From Escherichia phage vB_EcoM_JB75, in the sequence record MH355584.1: 64,000 bases of DNA; one strand, given 5' to 3'. A program made the translations under genes and the position numbers. This document shows, piece after piece, positions 31,863 through 41,414 of the stretch (within the stretch, counting starts at the first letter, position 1; each line of letters opens with the position of its first letter). Under the pieces are notes generated by a model, which was not told the DNA's origin, searched no databases, and saw only the letters and a program-made list of their open reading frames with translations.

Positions 31863-32206
31863 GTAATACAACAGCTGGATTGCTATTACTTGTAATAGCA
31901 TTTGGCGGAACATCTATTATTTTAAAAAATAAGGTAGAAAGATTAGAAACATCAGTTACTGAAATTACAAAAACGGCCAATGAAAACGCCTTAGCATTAA
32001 ATAATTTGCGAATTCAGTATAATTATATTGATGCGATGAATAATAAAAATCGTGAGGCGATTGCTGCTATTGAGCGTGAAAATGAAAAACTGCGCAAAGA
32101 TGCAAAGAAGGCGGATGTGGTGGCTCGTAAGCCAGGATTGGTTGAAAAACAAATCAACAACTCCTTCAACAAGTTCGCAGAAGACATCCAGGACCTTTCT
32201 AAATGA
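31853..32206 (+). CDS. i-spanin (Rz-like, pseT.3 equivalent), 117 aa
   Basis: N-terminal TM helix (GLLLLVIAFGGTSIIL) followed by a charged coiled-coil periplasmic domain; directly followed by a lipoprotein gene. Confidence 0.65.
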   Translation: MQLSNTTAGLLLLVIAFGGTSIILKNKVERLETSVTEITKTANENALALNNLRIQYNYIDAMNNKNREAIAAIERENEKLRKDAKKADVVARKPGLVEKQINNSFNKFAEDIQDLSK

Positions 32207-32502
32207 TTAAACTATCAGCAGTAATATTATCTATTGGTCTTCTAGTTGGTTGTTCGACAAAGCCTCTAGAAGTAAAGAAAGAAACAGTTCATCCTAATTG
32301 GCCTGTACAAATAAAGTCATATGACGAAGCTAAATTATCTTGGCAAGTTAAAGTTATTGATGGTAAAGCTTGGGTCGGTATGCCATTTGAAGATTCTCAG
32401 GAATTTCGTATTTGGCTTAATGATGTAAAACGATATGTACACGACCAGAAAACTATGATATGTTATTATCGTCAAGAGTTAAAAGAGGATAAATGTAAAT
32501 GA
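32203..32502 (+). CDS. o-spanin lipoprotein (Rz1-like, pseT.2 equivalent), 99 aa
   Basis: Signal peptide with lipobox LLVGC (MIKLSAVILSIGLLVGCSTK); ATGA-coupled to the i-spanin. Confidence 0.65.
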   Translation: MIKLSAVILSIGLLVGCSTKPLEVKKETVHPNWPVQIKSYDEAKLSWQVKVIDGKAWVGMPFEDSQEFRIWLNDVKRYVHDQKTMICYYRQELKEDKCK

Positions 32503-32725
32503 TTTCATGGCATCAATTTGAACATCTCAAAGGATTGATTTATGAATCCGAGATGGCTGCAATGATTTATGGACGCCAGATTCAGCGATTAGAATCTTTA
32601 CCTCCAACTAATGATGTTTTATTAGCTCAATCACGTGCTAATCTTAAAAATGAATACCAAAATAAGTGGGGCAAAGCATCTAAAGACCTGCATGATTATA
32701 TTCAATCATTGGTTGAGAAAAATAA

Positions 32726-32729
<4 letters not shown>
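32499..32729 (+). CDS. hypothetical protein (76 aa)
   Basis: ORF translationally coupled to neighbours. Confidence 0.5.
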
Positions 32730-33947
<1,218 letters not shown>

Positions 33948-33948
<1 letters not shown>

Positions 33949-34145
33949 TGGCTTGGCACCATGAAACTTGGGCTATTGTTATTGTAAATAGCGGTTTAGT
34001 TGGTACTAGTAATGGGCAATTTTGTGTATTTACTAGTGAAAATAGAGCATGGGAGGAATGCCTTAAATTAAGAGAAAAGAATCCTGATGTTGAACTAGTA
34101 GTAAAGAAAACTAAACTGCCTTTACCATGGAAAACGTATGAATAA
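33948..34145 (+). CDS. hypothetical protein (65 aa)
   Basis: ORF with TAATG overlap to pseT. Confidence 0.45.
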
Positions 34146-34338
34146 CCTAGAAAAGATTTATCGTCTTTGTGATAAAATTGAAAAAGAAAAGAAATATCTA
34201 TTTTGTCTATGGCCTATTGTTGACGGAAGAGTAGGCCTAGATGTTCTTGATTATGAAACAGAAGACAAAGTAGATGGCGCAACTTTTGATAACGCTTTGG
34301 ATGTTATTGATTGGCTTGAAGAAAATTATGTGAGGTAA
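34138..34338 (+). CDS. hypothetical protein (66 aa)
   Basis: ORF coupled to the upstream ORF. Confidence 0.45.
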   Translation: MNNLEKIYRLCDKIEKEKKYLFCLWPIVDGRVGLDVLDYETEDKVDGATFDNALDVIDWLEENYVR

Positions 34339-34340
34339 AT

Positions 34341-34616
34341 ATGTTTCCGACTTACTCTAAAATCGTAGAAGTAGTGTTTAGCCAAATTATCGCTAATAAT
34401 ATGTTTGAAAAACTTGATAACGCAGCTGAGCTTCGAATCCATGCTCAAGTGACTCATGTATTGAACACTTTGCTTCCAGACCAGGTGGATTCTGTTGCCA
34501 TCACGTTGTATCCAGGTTCCGCGCATATCATTGTCGTATTCGGTCTTGATGCTGAGCTAGTCATCAAAGGCGATATTCGCTTTGAATCTCAAACTGCGGA
34601 ATTCAAAGCGATTTAA
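34341..34616 (+). CDS. hypothetical protein (91 aa)
   Basis: ORF with SD gaggtaaat. Confidence 0.5.
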   Translation: MFPTYSKIVEVVFSQIIANNMFEKLDNAAELRIHAQVTHVLNTLLPDQVDSVAITLYPGSAHIIVVFGLDAELVIKGDIRFESQTAEFKAI

Positions 34617-34618
34617 TG

Positions 34619-34657
34619 GTTTACTTTACGGTAGAGTTGTGATATTATAGCTCTACC
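34619..34657 (+). promoter_or_regulatory. early promoter with stem-loop around the -10
   Basis: GTTTAC at 34619; inverted repeat GGTAGAG...CTCTACC brackets GATATTAT. Confidence 0.6.
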
Positions 34658-34678
34658 AAAACAAATGAGGAAATTGAA

Positions 34679-35206
34679 ATGAGCGAATGGTTTGAAGAAG
34701 ATAAGGTTTATCGCTTTAAAACTGGGTATAAAGATATTTTTAATGAAACTTGCGGGGCTAATAAACGAATTGCCCAGTTTATTGGGGAAAATTCATTTAA
34801 AGTAAAAATAGATCCTGCGAAAAATGTTATTAGCATTAAACGCGAAATTGATGACTGCTGGTATAAAGCTGTTGATGTAATGGGCGAATCCTATAAAGTT
34901 AGCCCGTTATTTTCAATTGCTTATATGTTAGAATATTCTTTTTTCGAAGAAGTTCAAAAAGATGATTCTGCCAGTAAATTTGAAATTAAAACTGATAAAG
35001 AAATTAAGTGGAAAGTAGTAGGTATTACTGGTTGTATGTTTTATATCTATGCTCAAACTGATACGAAGGAAGAAGCTAAAAATAAAGCTCTAGAATATCT
35101 TGAAGAGTATGAAGAAGGTCCGGTAATGATTACTCAAGATGCTGAATTAGTTTCTGTCAAATTAGTTAAAAACGTTGAAAGTAAGGAGCTGGGATCAACA
35201 TGCTAA
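34679..35206 (+). CDS. hypothetical protein (175 aa)
   Basis: ORF with SD gaggaaatt and an early promoter with stem-loop upstream. Confidence 0.6.
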   Translation: MSEWFEEDKVYRFKTGYKDIFNETCGANKRIAQFIGENSFKVKIDPAKNVISIKREIDDCWYKAVDVMGESYKVSPLFSIAYMLEYSFFEEVQKDDSASKFEIKTDKEIKWKVVGITGCMFYIYAQTDTKEEAKNKALEYLEEYEEGPVMITQDAELVSVKLVKNVESKELGSTC

Positions 35207-35436
35207 GTGAAAAACCAATTACTGTTAAAGAATTCCAAGAAAAAGTTAAACTATTTGCACAGGAATTAGTAAATAAGGTTTCTGAACGATTTCCTGAAAC
35301 GTCGGTTCGTGTTATTACCGAAACTCCTCGTTCAGTATTAGTAATTGTGAATCCAGGTGATGGCGATCAAATATCGCATCTTAAACTGGATTTTGATGGA
35401 TTAGTTGAAGCACAAAGGGTGTATGGCGTACTATGA
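35200..35436 (+). CDS. hypothetical protein (78 aa)
   Basis: Translationally coupled ORF. Confidence 0.5.
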   Translation: MLSEKPITVKEFQEKVKLFAQELVNKVSERFPETSVRVITETPRSVLVIVNPGDGDQISHLKLDFDGLVEAQRVYGVL

Positions 35437-35771
35437 TGAATTTAACTGATATAATTGATAATTGTCTTGAAAATGATACTGGCGATCATAGAGCGCTTGA
35501 CTCTGAAACAGCACAGTTCATTAGAATAACTTTAATGAATGACACTCTAGTGAATAGTATTCATCCTTCTGTGTATGATGCTATTATTGTGACGAAGTAT
35601 CCAGTTGAGCTTCACAAAAAGATGGTTGGCGCAATTTTTATTGATAAGAAAAACCGCTTTAAAGATGGGCAGAATATAATTAGTTCTGTTATTAAAAGTA
35701 TAACTAAACTTCGTCACGAAATTTATCGTGTTGAAACTGCTAAATCTGCTTATCTGGTGATTATGAAATGA
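35433..35771 (+). CDS. hypothetical protein (112 aa)
   Basis: Translationally coupled ORF upstream of cd. Confidence 0.5.
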   Translation: MMNLTDIIDNCLENDTGDHRALDSETAQFIRITLMNDTLVNSIHPSVYDAIIVTKYPVELHKKMVGAIFIDKKNRFKDGQNIISSVIKSITKLRHEIYRVETAKSAYLVIMK

Positions 35772-36349
35772 AAGCGAGTACAGTACTTCAAATTGCATAT
35801 TTAGTATCACAAGAATCAAAATGTTGCTCCTGGAAGGTAGGAGCAGTAATTGAAAAGAATGGACGTATTATTTCTACTGGGTATAATGGTTCACCCGCAG
35901 GGGGTGTGAACTGTTGTGATTATGCTGCTGAGCAAGGTTGGTTATTGAATAAGCCTAAACATACTATCATTCAAGGTCATAAGCCTGAATGCGTATCATT
36001 TGGTTCAACTGATCGTTTTGTCTTGGCGAAAGAACATCGTAGTGCTCACTCGGAATGGTCATCTAAAAATGAAATTCATGCTGAACTAAATGCGATTTTG
36101 TTTGCTGCACGAAATGGCTCTTCTATTGAAGGTGCTACTATGTATGTAACACTTTCTCCTTGTCCAGATTGTGCAAAAGCGATAGCTCAATCTGGTATTA
36201 AAAAGCTGGTTTATTGCGAAACATATGATAAAAATAAACCTGGCTGGGATGATATTCTGCGAAATGCAGGTATTGAAGTGTTTAATGTTCCTAAGAAAAA
36301 CTTGAATAAGTTAAACTGGGAAAATATCAACGAATTCTGTGGTGAATAA
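35768..36349 (+). CDS. cd: dCMP deaminase (193 aa)
   Basis: 193 aa; zinc-binding deaminase motifs HAELNAI and SPCPDCAKAI. Confidence 0.88.
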   Translation: MKASTVLQIAYLVSQESKCCSWKVGAVIEKNGRIISTGYNGSPAGGVNCCDYAAEQGWLLNKPKHTIIQGHKPECVSFGSTDRFVLAKEHRSAHSEWSSKNEIHAELNAILFAARNGSSIEGATMYVTLSPCPDCAKAIAQSGIKKLVYCETYDKNKPGWDDILRNAGIEVFNVPKKNLNKLNWENINEFCGE

Positions 36350-36585
36350 TGAAATTTCGTTTGGTACAACTCACAGCAATTAGTTCTTATTCCAACGAGA
36401 ACATTTCATTTGCTGTAGAGTATAAGAAATATTTTTTCTCTAAATGGAAGCAGTATTATAAGTCAGAATGGGTTTGTATTGATAGACCATATAGTTGGAA
36501 ATCTGATTTAGAAAAATGCCAAAAATTACTTTCCACCCTTAAAGAACGTGGAACAACTCATATTAAAACTGTAATAGGTAAATAA
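36349..36585 (+). CDS. hypothetical protein (78 aa)
   Basis: ATGA-coupled to cd. Confidence 0.5.
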   Translation: MKFRLVQLTAISSYSNENISFAVEYKKYFFSKWKQYYKSEWVCIDRPYSWKSDLEKCQKLLSTLKERGTTHIKTVIGK

Positions 36586-36894
36586 ATGAAACTGACAACT
36601 GAGCAGAAAGTAGCAATTCGTGAAATTTTGAAAACTAAATTGTCCATGGGTGTTTCAAACGTAGTTTTTGAAAAGTCTGACGGTACTATTCGTGTTATGA
36701 AAGGTACTCGCGATGCTGACTTTATGCCAACCATGCAAACTGGTAAATTGACTGAATCTACTCGGAAAGAATCTACTGATATGATTCCAGTATTTGATGT
36801 TGAACTTGGTGCATGGCGAGGTTTTTCTATTGACAAATTGATTTCCGTTAATGGTATGAAAGTTGAGCATTTGCTCCAATTTATTGGTAAATAA
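36586..36894 (+). CDS. hypothetical protein (102 aa)
   Basis: ORF coupled to the upstream ORF. Confidence 0.5.
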   Translation: MKLTTEQKVAIREILKTKLSMGVSNVVFEKSDGTIRVMKGTRDADFMPTMQTGKLTESTRKESTDMIPVFDVELGAWRGFSIDKLISVNGMKVEHLLQFIGK

Positions 36895-36921
36895 ATGCTT
36901 TAAGAATTATTTGTTATTATT
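36893..36921 (+). promoter_or_regulatory. MotA-dependent middle promoter for gene 31
   Basis: MotA box AATGCTTTA, about 12 nt spacer, TATTAT. Confidence 0.55.
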
Positions 36922-36950
36922 AATTCATCTGTTAACAAAAAGGAAAAACG

Positions 36951-37286
36951 ATGTCTGAAGTACAACAGCTACCAATTCGTGCTGTCGGTGAATATGTTAT
37001 TTTAGTTTCTGAACCTGCACAAGCCGGTGATGAAGAAGTTACAGAATCAGGACTTATTATCGGTAAACGTGTTCAAGGTGAAGTTCCTGAACTGTGTGTA
37101 GTTCACTCTGTCGGTCCTGATGTTCCTGAAGGTTTCTGTGAAGTTGGTGATTTGACTTCTCTTCCAGTTGGTCAAATTCGAAATGTTCCGCATCCTTTTG
37201 TAGCTCTGGGTCTTAAGCAGCCAAAAGAAATTAAACAAAAATTCGTTACTTGTCACTATAAAGCTATTCCGTGTCTTTATAAGTGA
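36951..37286 (+). CDS. 31: co-chaperonin gp31 (GroES analogue), 111 aa
   Basis: 111 aa; [44 protein letters not shown] matches recalled T4 gp31; MotA-box middle promoter upstream. Confidence 0.9.
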
Positions 37287-37294
37287 TATAAATA
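37287..37294 (+). promoter_or_regulatory. late promoter upstream of rIII
   Basis: TATAAATA immediately after gene 31. Confidence 0.5.
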
Positions 37295-37433
37295 ATAATA
37301 TGAATTGGGTGTCGGAATAATAAGTTAACCGAACAATTCTATGTGGTAGTCTACAACTGAGAGATCTGTCGAAAGAAGATGAAATTCAGAAGAACGTGAC
37401 TACCGAGTTTTAATCTCTAACGAGAATTTTTAA

Positions 37434-37682
37434 ATGATTAAACAATTACAACACGCTCTTGAACTGCAACGAAACGCATGGAATAATGGTCACGAAAACT
37501 ATGGCGCATCTATTGATGTTGAAGCCGAAGCTCTTGAAATCCTGCGTTATTTCAAACATCTGAATCCTGCTCAAACTGCATTAGCTGCTGAGCTTCAGGA
37601 AAAAGATGAACTTAAATATGCTAAGCCTCTGGCTTCTGCTGCACGAAAAGCAGTTCGTCACTTTGTGGTAACACTGAAGTAA
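37434..37682 (+). CDS. rIII: lysis-inhibition accessory protein rIII (82 aa)
   Basis: 82 aa as in T4 rIII; downstream of gene 31; late promoter TATAAATA upstream. Confidence 0.78.
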   Translation: MIKQLQHALELQRNAWNNGHENYGASIDVEAEALEILRYFKHLNPAQTALAAELQEKDELKYAKPLASAARKAVRHFVVTLK

Positions 37683-38080
37683 TTTATTGGAGAGTCACTG
37701 CCTTAGTGTGAAGTTAAAACGAGGAGCCGTCGAACTGTCTGATTAATGATTTGCGAATCATTATAGTTTTAAGACCCCGGCAGTTTTACGGTGTACCTCT
37801 TGAATGTTATTCTTATAGCGGCAAGTGCATGCTACCCCGAGGTGATGGCCAATCGGGAGTACGCCTCAAGGCCTATATATCCATCAGTATATATCTTATC
37901 CTCGAGAAATCGAACCCGGAACCTTTAAGCTAACGGTGTGCAACAGATAAGAGCTATAAGGTATGATGACGGGTTTATAGTTATCCTGGTCGTTAAATAT
38001 CCAAAAACCTATGTTCCCCTTGAGGGCTTGCGCAGGCAATGCCAATAAGTCCTGCATTTTCATTTAAAAGAGAATTTATA

Positions 38081-38257
38081 ATGGCAAAACAAGCTAAAGC
38101 AAAGAAAGCAGTTGAAAAGAAAGTTGGTGATTCTAAACGCGCTGGCTACAAGCGTGGGTCGAACTCTCGTATCAATCAAACTGTTGAGAAGATCATGCGC
38201 CGAGCACGTGCGGTTCTTCGAGATGATGCTTCTCGTTTTGGTAAGCAGAAAGCATAA
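38081..38257 (+). CDS. small basic protein (58 aa)
   Basis: MAKQAKAKKAVEKKVGDSKRAGYKRGSNSRINQTVEKIMRRARAVLRDDASRFGKQKA; strongly Lys/Arg-rich; followed by a strong terminator. Confidence 0.5.
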   Translation: MAKQAKAKKAVEKKVGDSKRAGYKRGSNSRINQTVEKIMRRARAVLRDDASRFGKQKA

Positions 38258-38262
38258 GTTGA

Positions 38263-38291
38263 GGACTCCTTCGGGAGTCCTTTTTTATTTT
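38263..38291 (+). terminator. rho-independent terminator
   Basis: GGACTCCTTCGGGAGTCC hairpin followed by TTTTTTATTTT. Confidence 0.8.
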
Positions 38292-38310
38292 CCAAAGATT
38301 GCATAAAGTT

Positions 38311-38359
38311 GTTTACAGTATGGTTCCTTTGTGATAGTATTATCTTACACAAACAAAGG
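38311..38359 (+). promoter_or_regulatory. early promoter with stem-loop
   Basis: GTTTAC at 38311; inverted repeat CCTTTGTG...CACAAACAAAGG around TAGTATTAT. Confidence 0.6.
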
Positions 38360-38367
38360 AGAATAAA

Positions 38368-38700
38368 ATGAAAACGATTAATCTGAACGCTGCAGTTAAA
38401 ACTAAATGCTTCAATGGTAAATATGATGAAACTATGTGGTTCTTAATGGCAGTTGAAGGTGATATTATTGAAGTAGAAACAACAGAAGGTATGGGAACAG
38501 ATTTCACCTTTACAATTCAAGTTCATAATTTCTTTACTGGTTGGATTTATGAATTGAATACAGTAATCGTTGGAAAAATTGAACAAAATGAATTAGGTGA
38601 ATGGTATTATGTTACAGCTCGCCAACGTGCCGAACGCTTAATTGAGAAGATGAAAAAAGTTGGTAAACTTGACATGCAGCATTGGAAAGTAGTAAAATAA
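38368..38700 (+). CDS. hypothetical protein (110 aa)
   Basis: ORF with SD aaggagaat and an early promoter. Confidence 0.6.
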   Translation: MKTINLNAAVKTKCFNGKYDETMWFLMAVEGDIIEVETTEGMGTDFTFTIQVHNFFTGWIYELNTVIVGKIEQNELGEWYYVTARQRAERLIEKMKKVGKLDMQHWKVVK

Positions 38701-38702
38701 TT

Positions 38703-38742
38703 GTTTACTTTGGTACAGGATATGATATTATATACCTGTACC
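38703..38742 (+). promoter_or_regulatory. early promoter with stem-loop
   Basis: GTTTAC at 38703; inverted repeat GGTACAGG...CCTGTACC around GATATTATAT. Confidence 0.6.
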
Positions 38743-38767
38743 GCAATTAAACATCTTGGAGAATAAA

Positions 38768-39133
38768 ATGAACTACATCAACTTTGAACGTAAATATGTT
38801 TCTAATGGTATTGCAGGTTCTATTGATACTATTTGCCTTTGGAAACATCAAAATGGATCAGTATGCGAAATTGAGCAGTATATGACTCCTAATTACGTTT
38901 ATATGCGATTTGAAAACGGTATCACGGTTTCAATCACGATGGAAGGTTCCAACTTTAAAATCGCTCTGGATGATGATTTCCGTGAACGCGATTTAGGGAC
39001 TCATCCTTGCTGGAATGGCGTTAATCGCAAGCTTTTGGTTAAAACTTGGATTCGTCATATTCTGAGTAACAGAGCTAAACCTGAGCATCTTGAAGCAATC
39101 TTTGATGTAGTTCTTAACGAATTTGATATTTAA
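38768..39133 (+). CDS. hypothetical protein (121 aa)
   Basis: ATG with SD ggagaataaa and an early promoter; the ORF-track start at 38756 is a TTG. Confidence 0.6.
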   Translation: MNYINFERKYVSNGIAGSIDTICLWKHQNGSVCEIEQYMTPNYVYMRFENGITVSITMEGSNFKIALDDDFRERDLGTHPCWNGVNRKLLVKTWIRHILSNRAKPEHLEAIFDVVLNEFDI

Positions 39134-39173
39134 AATAAATGAGGGGCTTTGGCCCCTTACTGAGGAAAATGTT

Positions 39174-39461
39174 ATGTTTATGACTACTTATTTTGATACC
39201 CGTAAAAACTTCTGCGAAGTAGTTTTCTCAAAGGCGCCTAAAGACCTTCCTGCACATTTGCAACCTACCAGTGAATCGATTAAAAACTACGTTAATGTAG
39301 TCTGCCCTTTAGAGTTCCGTACTGTAAATGGGCGCGATACTTTAGCTATCACTAAACTCAATCGTGAAATTGACATTGACCCTTCAATTGCGCGCGAAAT
39401 TAATATTTCTGATATTGGTGGAGGTAATGTTAAATCGCATGGTTTTCAGATGAGGTTCTAA
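39174..39461 (+). CDS. hypothetical protein (95 aa)
   Basis: ATG with SD gaggaaaatgtt; follows a terminator hairpin that the longer track ORF would run through. Confidence 0.55.
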   Translation: MFMTTYFDTRKNFCEVVFSKAPKDLPAHLQPTSESIKNYVNVVCPLEFRTVNGRDTLAITKLNREIDIDPSIAREINISDIGGGNVKSHGFQMRF

Positions 39462-39658
39462 TGAAATTCTTTTTAGATCAAACCGTTGAATTAAAGGGAG
39501 TTGGTATACCTGGATTAATTTCTAAGGTTTTACCTGCATTTAAATTGGGAGATGTTCAAGTAAAAGAGGCTTATATTGTTTCTTGGGTAGATGGAAATGA
39601 AGACCTTCGTATGGGTGATGAATTATCTCCTATCTACGGATTAAAGGAATTAGTATGA
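39461..39658 (+). CDS. hypothetical protein (65 aa)
   Basis: Translationally coupled ORF. Confidence 0.5.
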   Translation: MKFFLDQTVELKGVGIPGLISKVLPAFKLGDVQVKEAYIVSWVDGNEDLRMGDELSPIYGLKELV

Positions 39659-39861
39659 ATATAATTAATAAGATTTTTGGAATTCAGTACATTAAGGTCA
39701 CATATAAAGTAACAGATAAAAATCCATATACCGATGAACATGAAGAACCACAAATTGAGTCTATTATATTAGAAAAAGGCAGTGACTGGCCAGTTGAATT
39801 TCGTCTACCAAACTATGGTCATTGGGCTGATGTTGAAATTATAAGCATTGAAAATGTCTGA
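39655..39861 (+). CDS. hypothetical protein (68 aa)
   Basis: Translationally coupled ORF. Confidence 0.5.
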   Translation: MNIINKIFGIQYIKVTYKVTDKNPYTDEHEEPQIESIILEKGSDWPVEFRLPNYGHWADVEIISIENV

Positions 39862-40312
39862 GTTAGAGATTAGAAGTAATTTTAGGTGGCCATCATGTGC
39901 ATTAAGTAATTTCGCCCATTGGCCTTTCGTTATGGATGGTATTCAATTTGGAGGTCTTGAAGGATTCCTCCAAGGATGCAAGGTGAAAAACGTTGAACAA
40001 CAACGTCGTATATTTGGGTTATCCGGGCTTGCCGCTCAACAAGCTGGAAGGTCTTATGCTAGAGCTCAGGACCGTGGGACCCTCTTCTGGCTTGGAGTTC
40101 CATTTTCAAGATACTCCCCGGCGTGGAAAGAATTATGCACAAATGCATATTTTGAAGCAGCGATTCAAAACAAGGGCTTTCGTGATGCATTACAAGCCTC
40201 GAAAGGAAAAGTTTTGAAGCACAGCATGGCTAGTGGTCTAACAAAAGATGATACAATACTAACCGAAGCTGAATTTATTGATGTGTTAAACCTATTAAGA
40301 GACTCTCTATGA
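39854..40312 (+). CDS. NADAR/YbiA-like (DUF1768) protein (152 aa)
   Basis: LSNFAHWPFVMDGIQFGGLEGFLQGCK resembles the N-terminal signature of the NADAR/YbiA family as I recall it; assignment is from motif memory, not a search. Confidence 0.5.
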   Translation: MSELEIRSNFRWPSCALSNFAHWPFVMDGIQFGGLEGFLQGCKVKNVEQQRRIFGLSGLAAQQAGRSYARAQDRGTLFWLGVPFSRYSPAWKELCTNAYFEAAIQNKGFRDALQASKGKVLKHSMASGLTKDDTILTEAEFIDVLNLLRDSL

Positions 40313-41145
40313 AGCCTACTATTTTAACTGATATTGATGGAGTATGTTTAAGCTGGCAATCAGGTCTTCCTTATTTTGCTCAGAAATATAATCTTCCGTT
40401 AGAACATATTTTAAAAATGATCCAGGATGAGAAATTTATTTCTCCAGGTAAACTCTTTAATTGTGACGAAGAACTTGGCGTCAAGCTAATTGAAAAATAC
40501 AATCGTTCAGATTTTATTCGTTACTTGTCTCCATATAAAGATGCTCTGTGTGTAATTAACAAATTAAAAGAAGATTATAATTTTGTAGCTGTTACAGCAT
40601 TGGGTGATTCTATTGACGCTCTGCTGAATCGTCAATTTAATTTGAACGCTCTTTTTCCTGGTGCCTTCTCAGAAGTACTGATGTGTGGTCATGATTCTTC
40701 AAAAGAAGAGTTGTTTAAAAAGGCAAAAGAGAAATATAACGTGATTTGTTATATTGACGATCTCGCTCACCATTGCGATCATGCGAGTGAAATATTAAAT
40801 GTTCCTGTTTATTGGATGGCTCGAGGAGAGCGTGACAATATTCCAAAAACTGCTCAGCGAGTTTATACATGGAATGATGTAGAGAATAAGCTTTTTCCAC
40901 CGAAGGAAAATAAAGAAAGTTTTGATCGTGAAAAAGCTATAAAAGATGTAATTGAAAAGATGATTAAAAACGATTCTTTTCCTTGGAACACTACCTGGAG
41001 AACTCCTGGATTTAATCCTTATAATCCATATCATCCATATCAGACGCATCCGTTTCAGACATGGAACTATATTAAACCCGGTGGCATAGAGTATTTGTAT
41101 AATAGACCTACTGGTGCTAATAATATTTTCCAAGGAGCATTCTAA
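40309..41145 (+). CDS. HAD-like hydrolase-fold protein with Pro/Tyr-rich C-terminal tail (278 aa)
   Basis: N-terminal ILTDIDGV fits HAD motif I (DxDGx); C-terminus has NPYNPYHPYQTHPFQTWNY repeats. Confidence 0.5.
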   Translation: MKPTILTDIDGVCLSWQSGLPYFAQKYNLPLEHILKMIQDEKFISPGKLFNCDEELGVKLIEKYNRSDFIRYLSPYKDALCVINKLKEDYNFVAVTALGDSIDALLNRQFNLNALFPGAFSEVLMCGHDSSKEELFKKAKEKYNVICYIDDLAHHCDHASEILNVPVYWMARGERDNIPKTAQRVYTWNDVENKLFPPKENKESFDREKAIKDVIEKMIKNDSFPWNTTWRTPGFNPYNPYHPYQTHPFQTWNYIKPGGIEYLYNRPTGANNIFQGAF

Positions 41146-41414
41146 TGTTTGTTGTTCACACTATTTATGAAAATGAAGGTAATACTACGCGTGATTACGG
41201 TCACGTAAATCAATTTTTTAGATGCAATCCAGAATTCCGAGCTCAAAAAGACGAACGAATTTTTAAAAAATGTGTAGAGCAAGGTTTCATTTACGTCAAG
41301 CACTGGATGCAAGGAAATAAAGTTAGAACCACGTACCACAGGTCTTTGACTGAGCTTAATGATGAATTGATTTATAATAGAGCTGTAAACCAAACTCTAA
41401 AGGATGAACAATGA
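41145..41414 (+). CDS. hypothetical protein (89 aa)
   Basis: ORF coupled to gene 30. Confidence 0.5.
   Translation: MFVVHTIYENEGNTTRDYGHVNQFFRCNPEFRAQKDERIFKKCVEQGFIYVKHWMQGNKVRTTYHRSLTELNDELIYNRAVNQTLKDEQ

Noticed and set aside
37890-37920. tRNA-like T-loop on the minus strand (GGTTCGATT)
   Set aside because: The flanking 5 nt segments do not pair as a T-stem and no acceptor or anticodon arm can be built around it, so it is not a tRNA.
37751-37933. 60 aa ORF in the rIII-downstream island
   Set aside because: TTG start, no SD, atypical composition and not coupled to neighbours; treated as non-coding.
39993-40217. 74 aa plus-strand ORF inside the NADAR-like gene
   Set aside because: Out-of-frame overlap with the better-supported motif-bearing frame.
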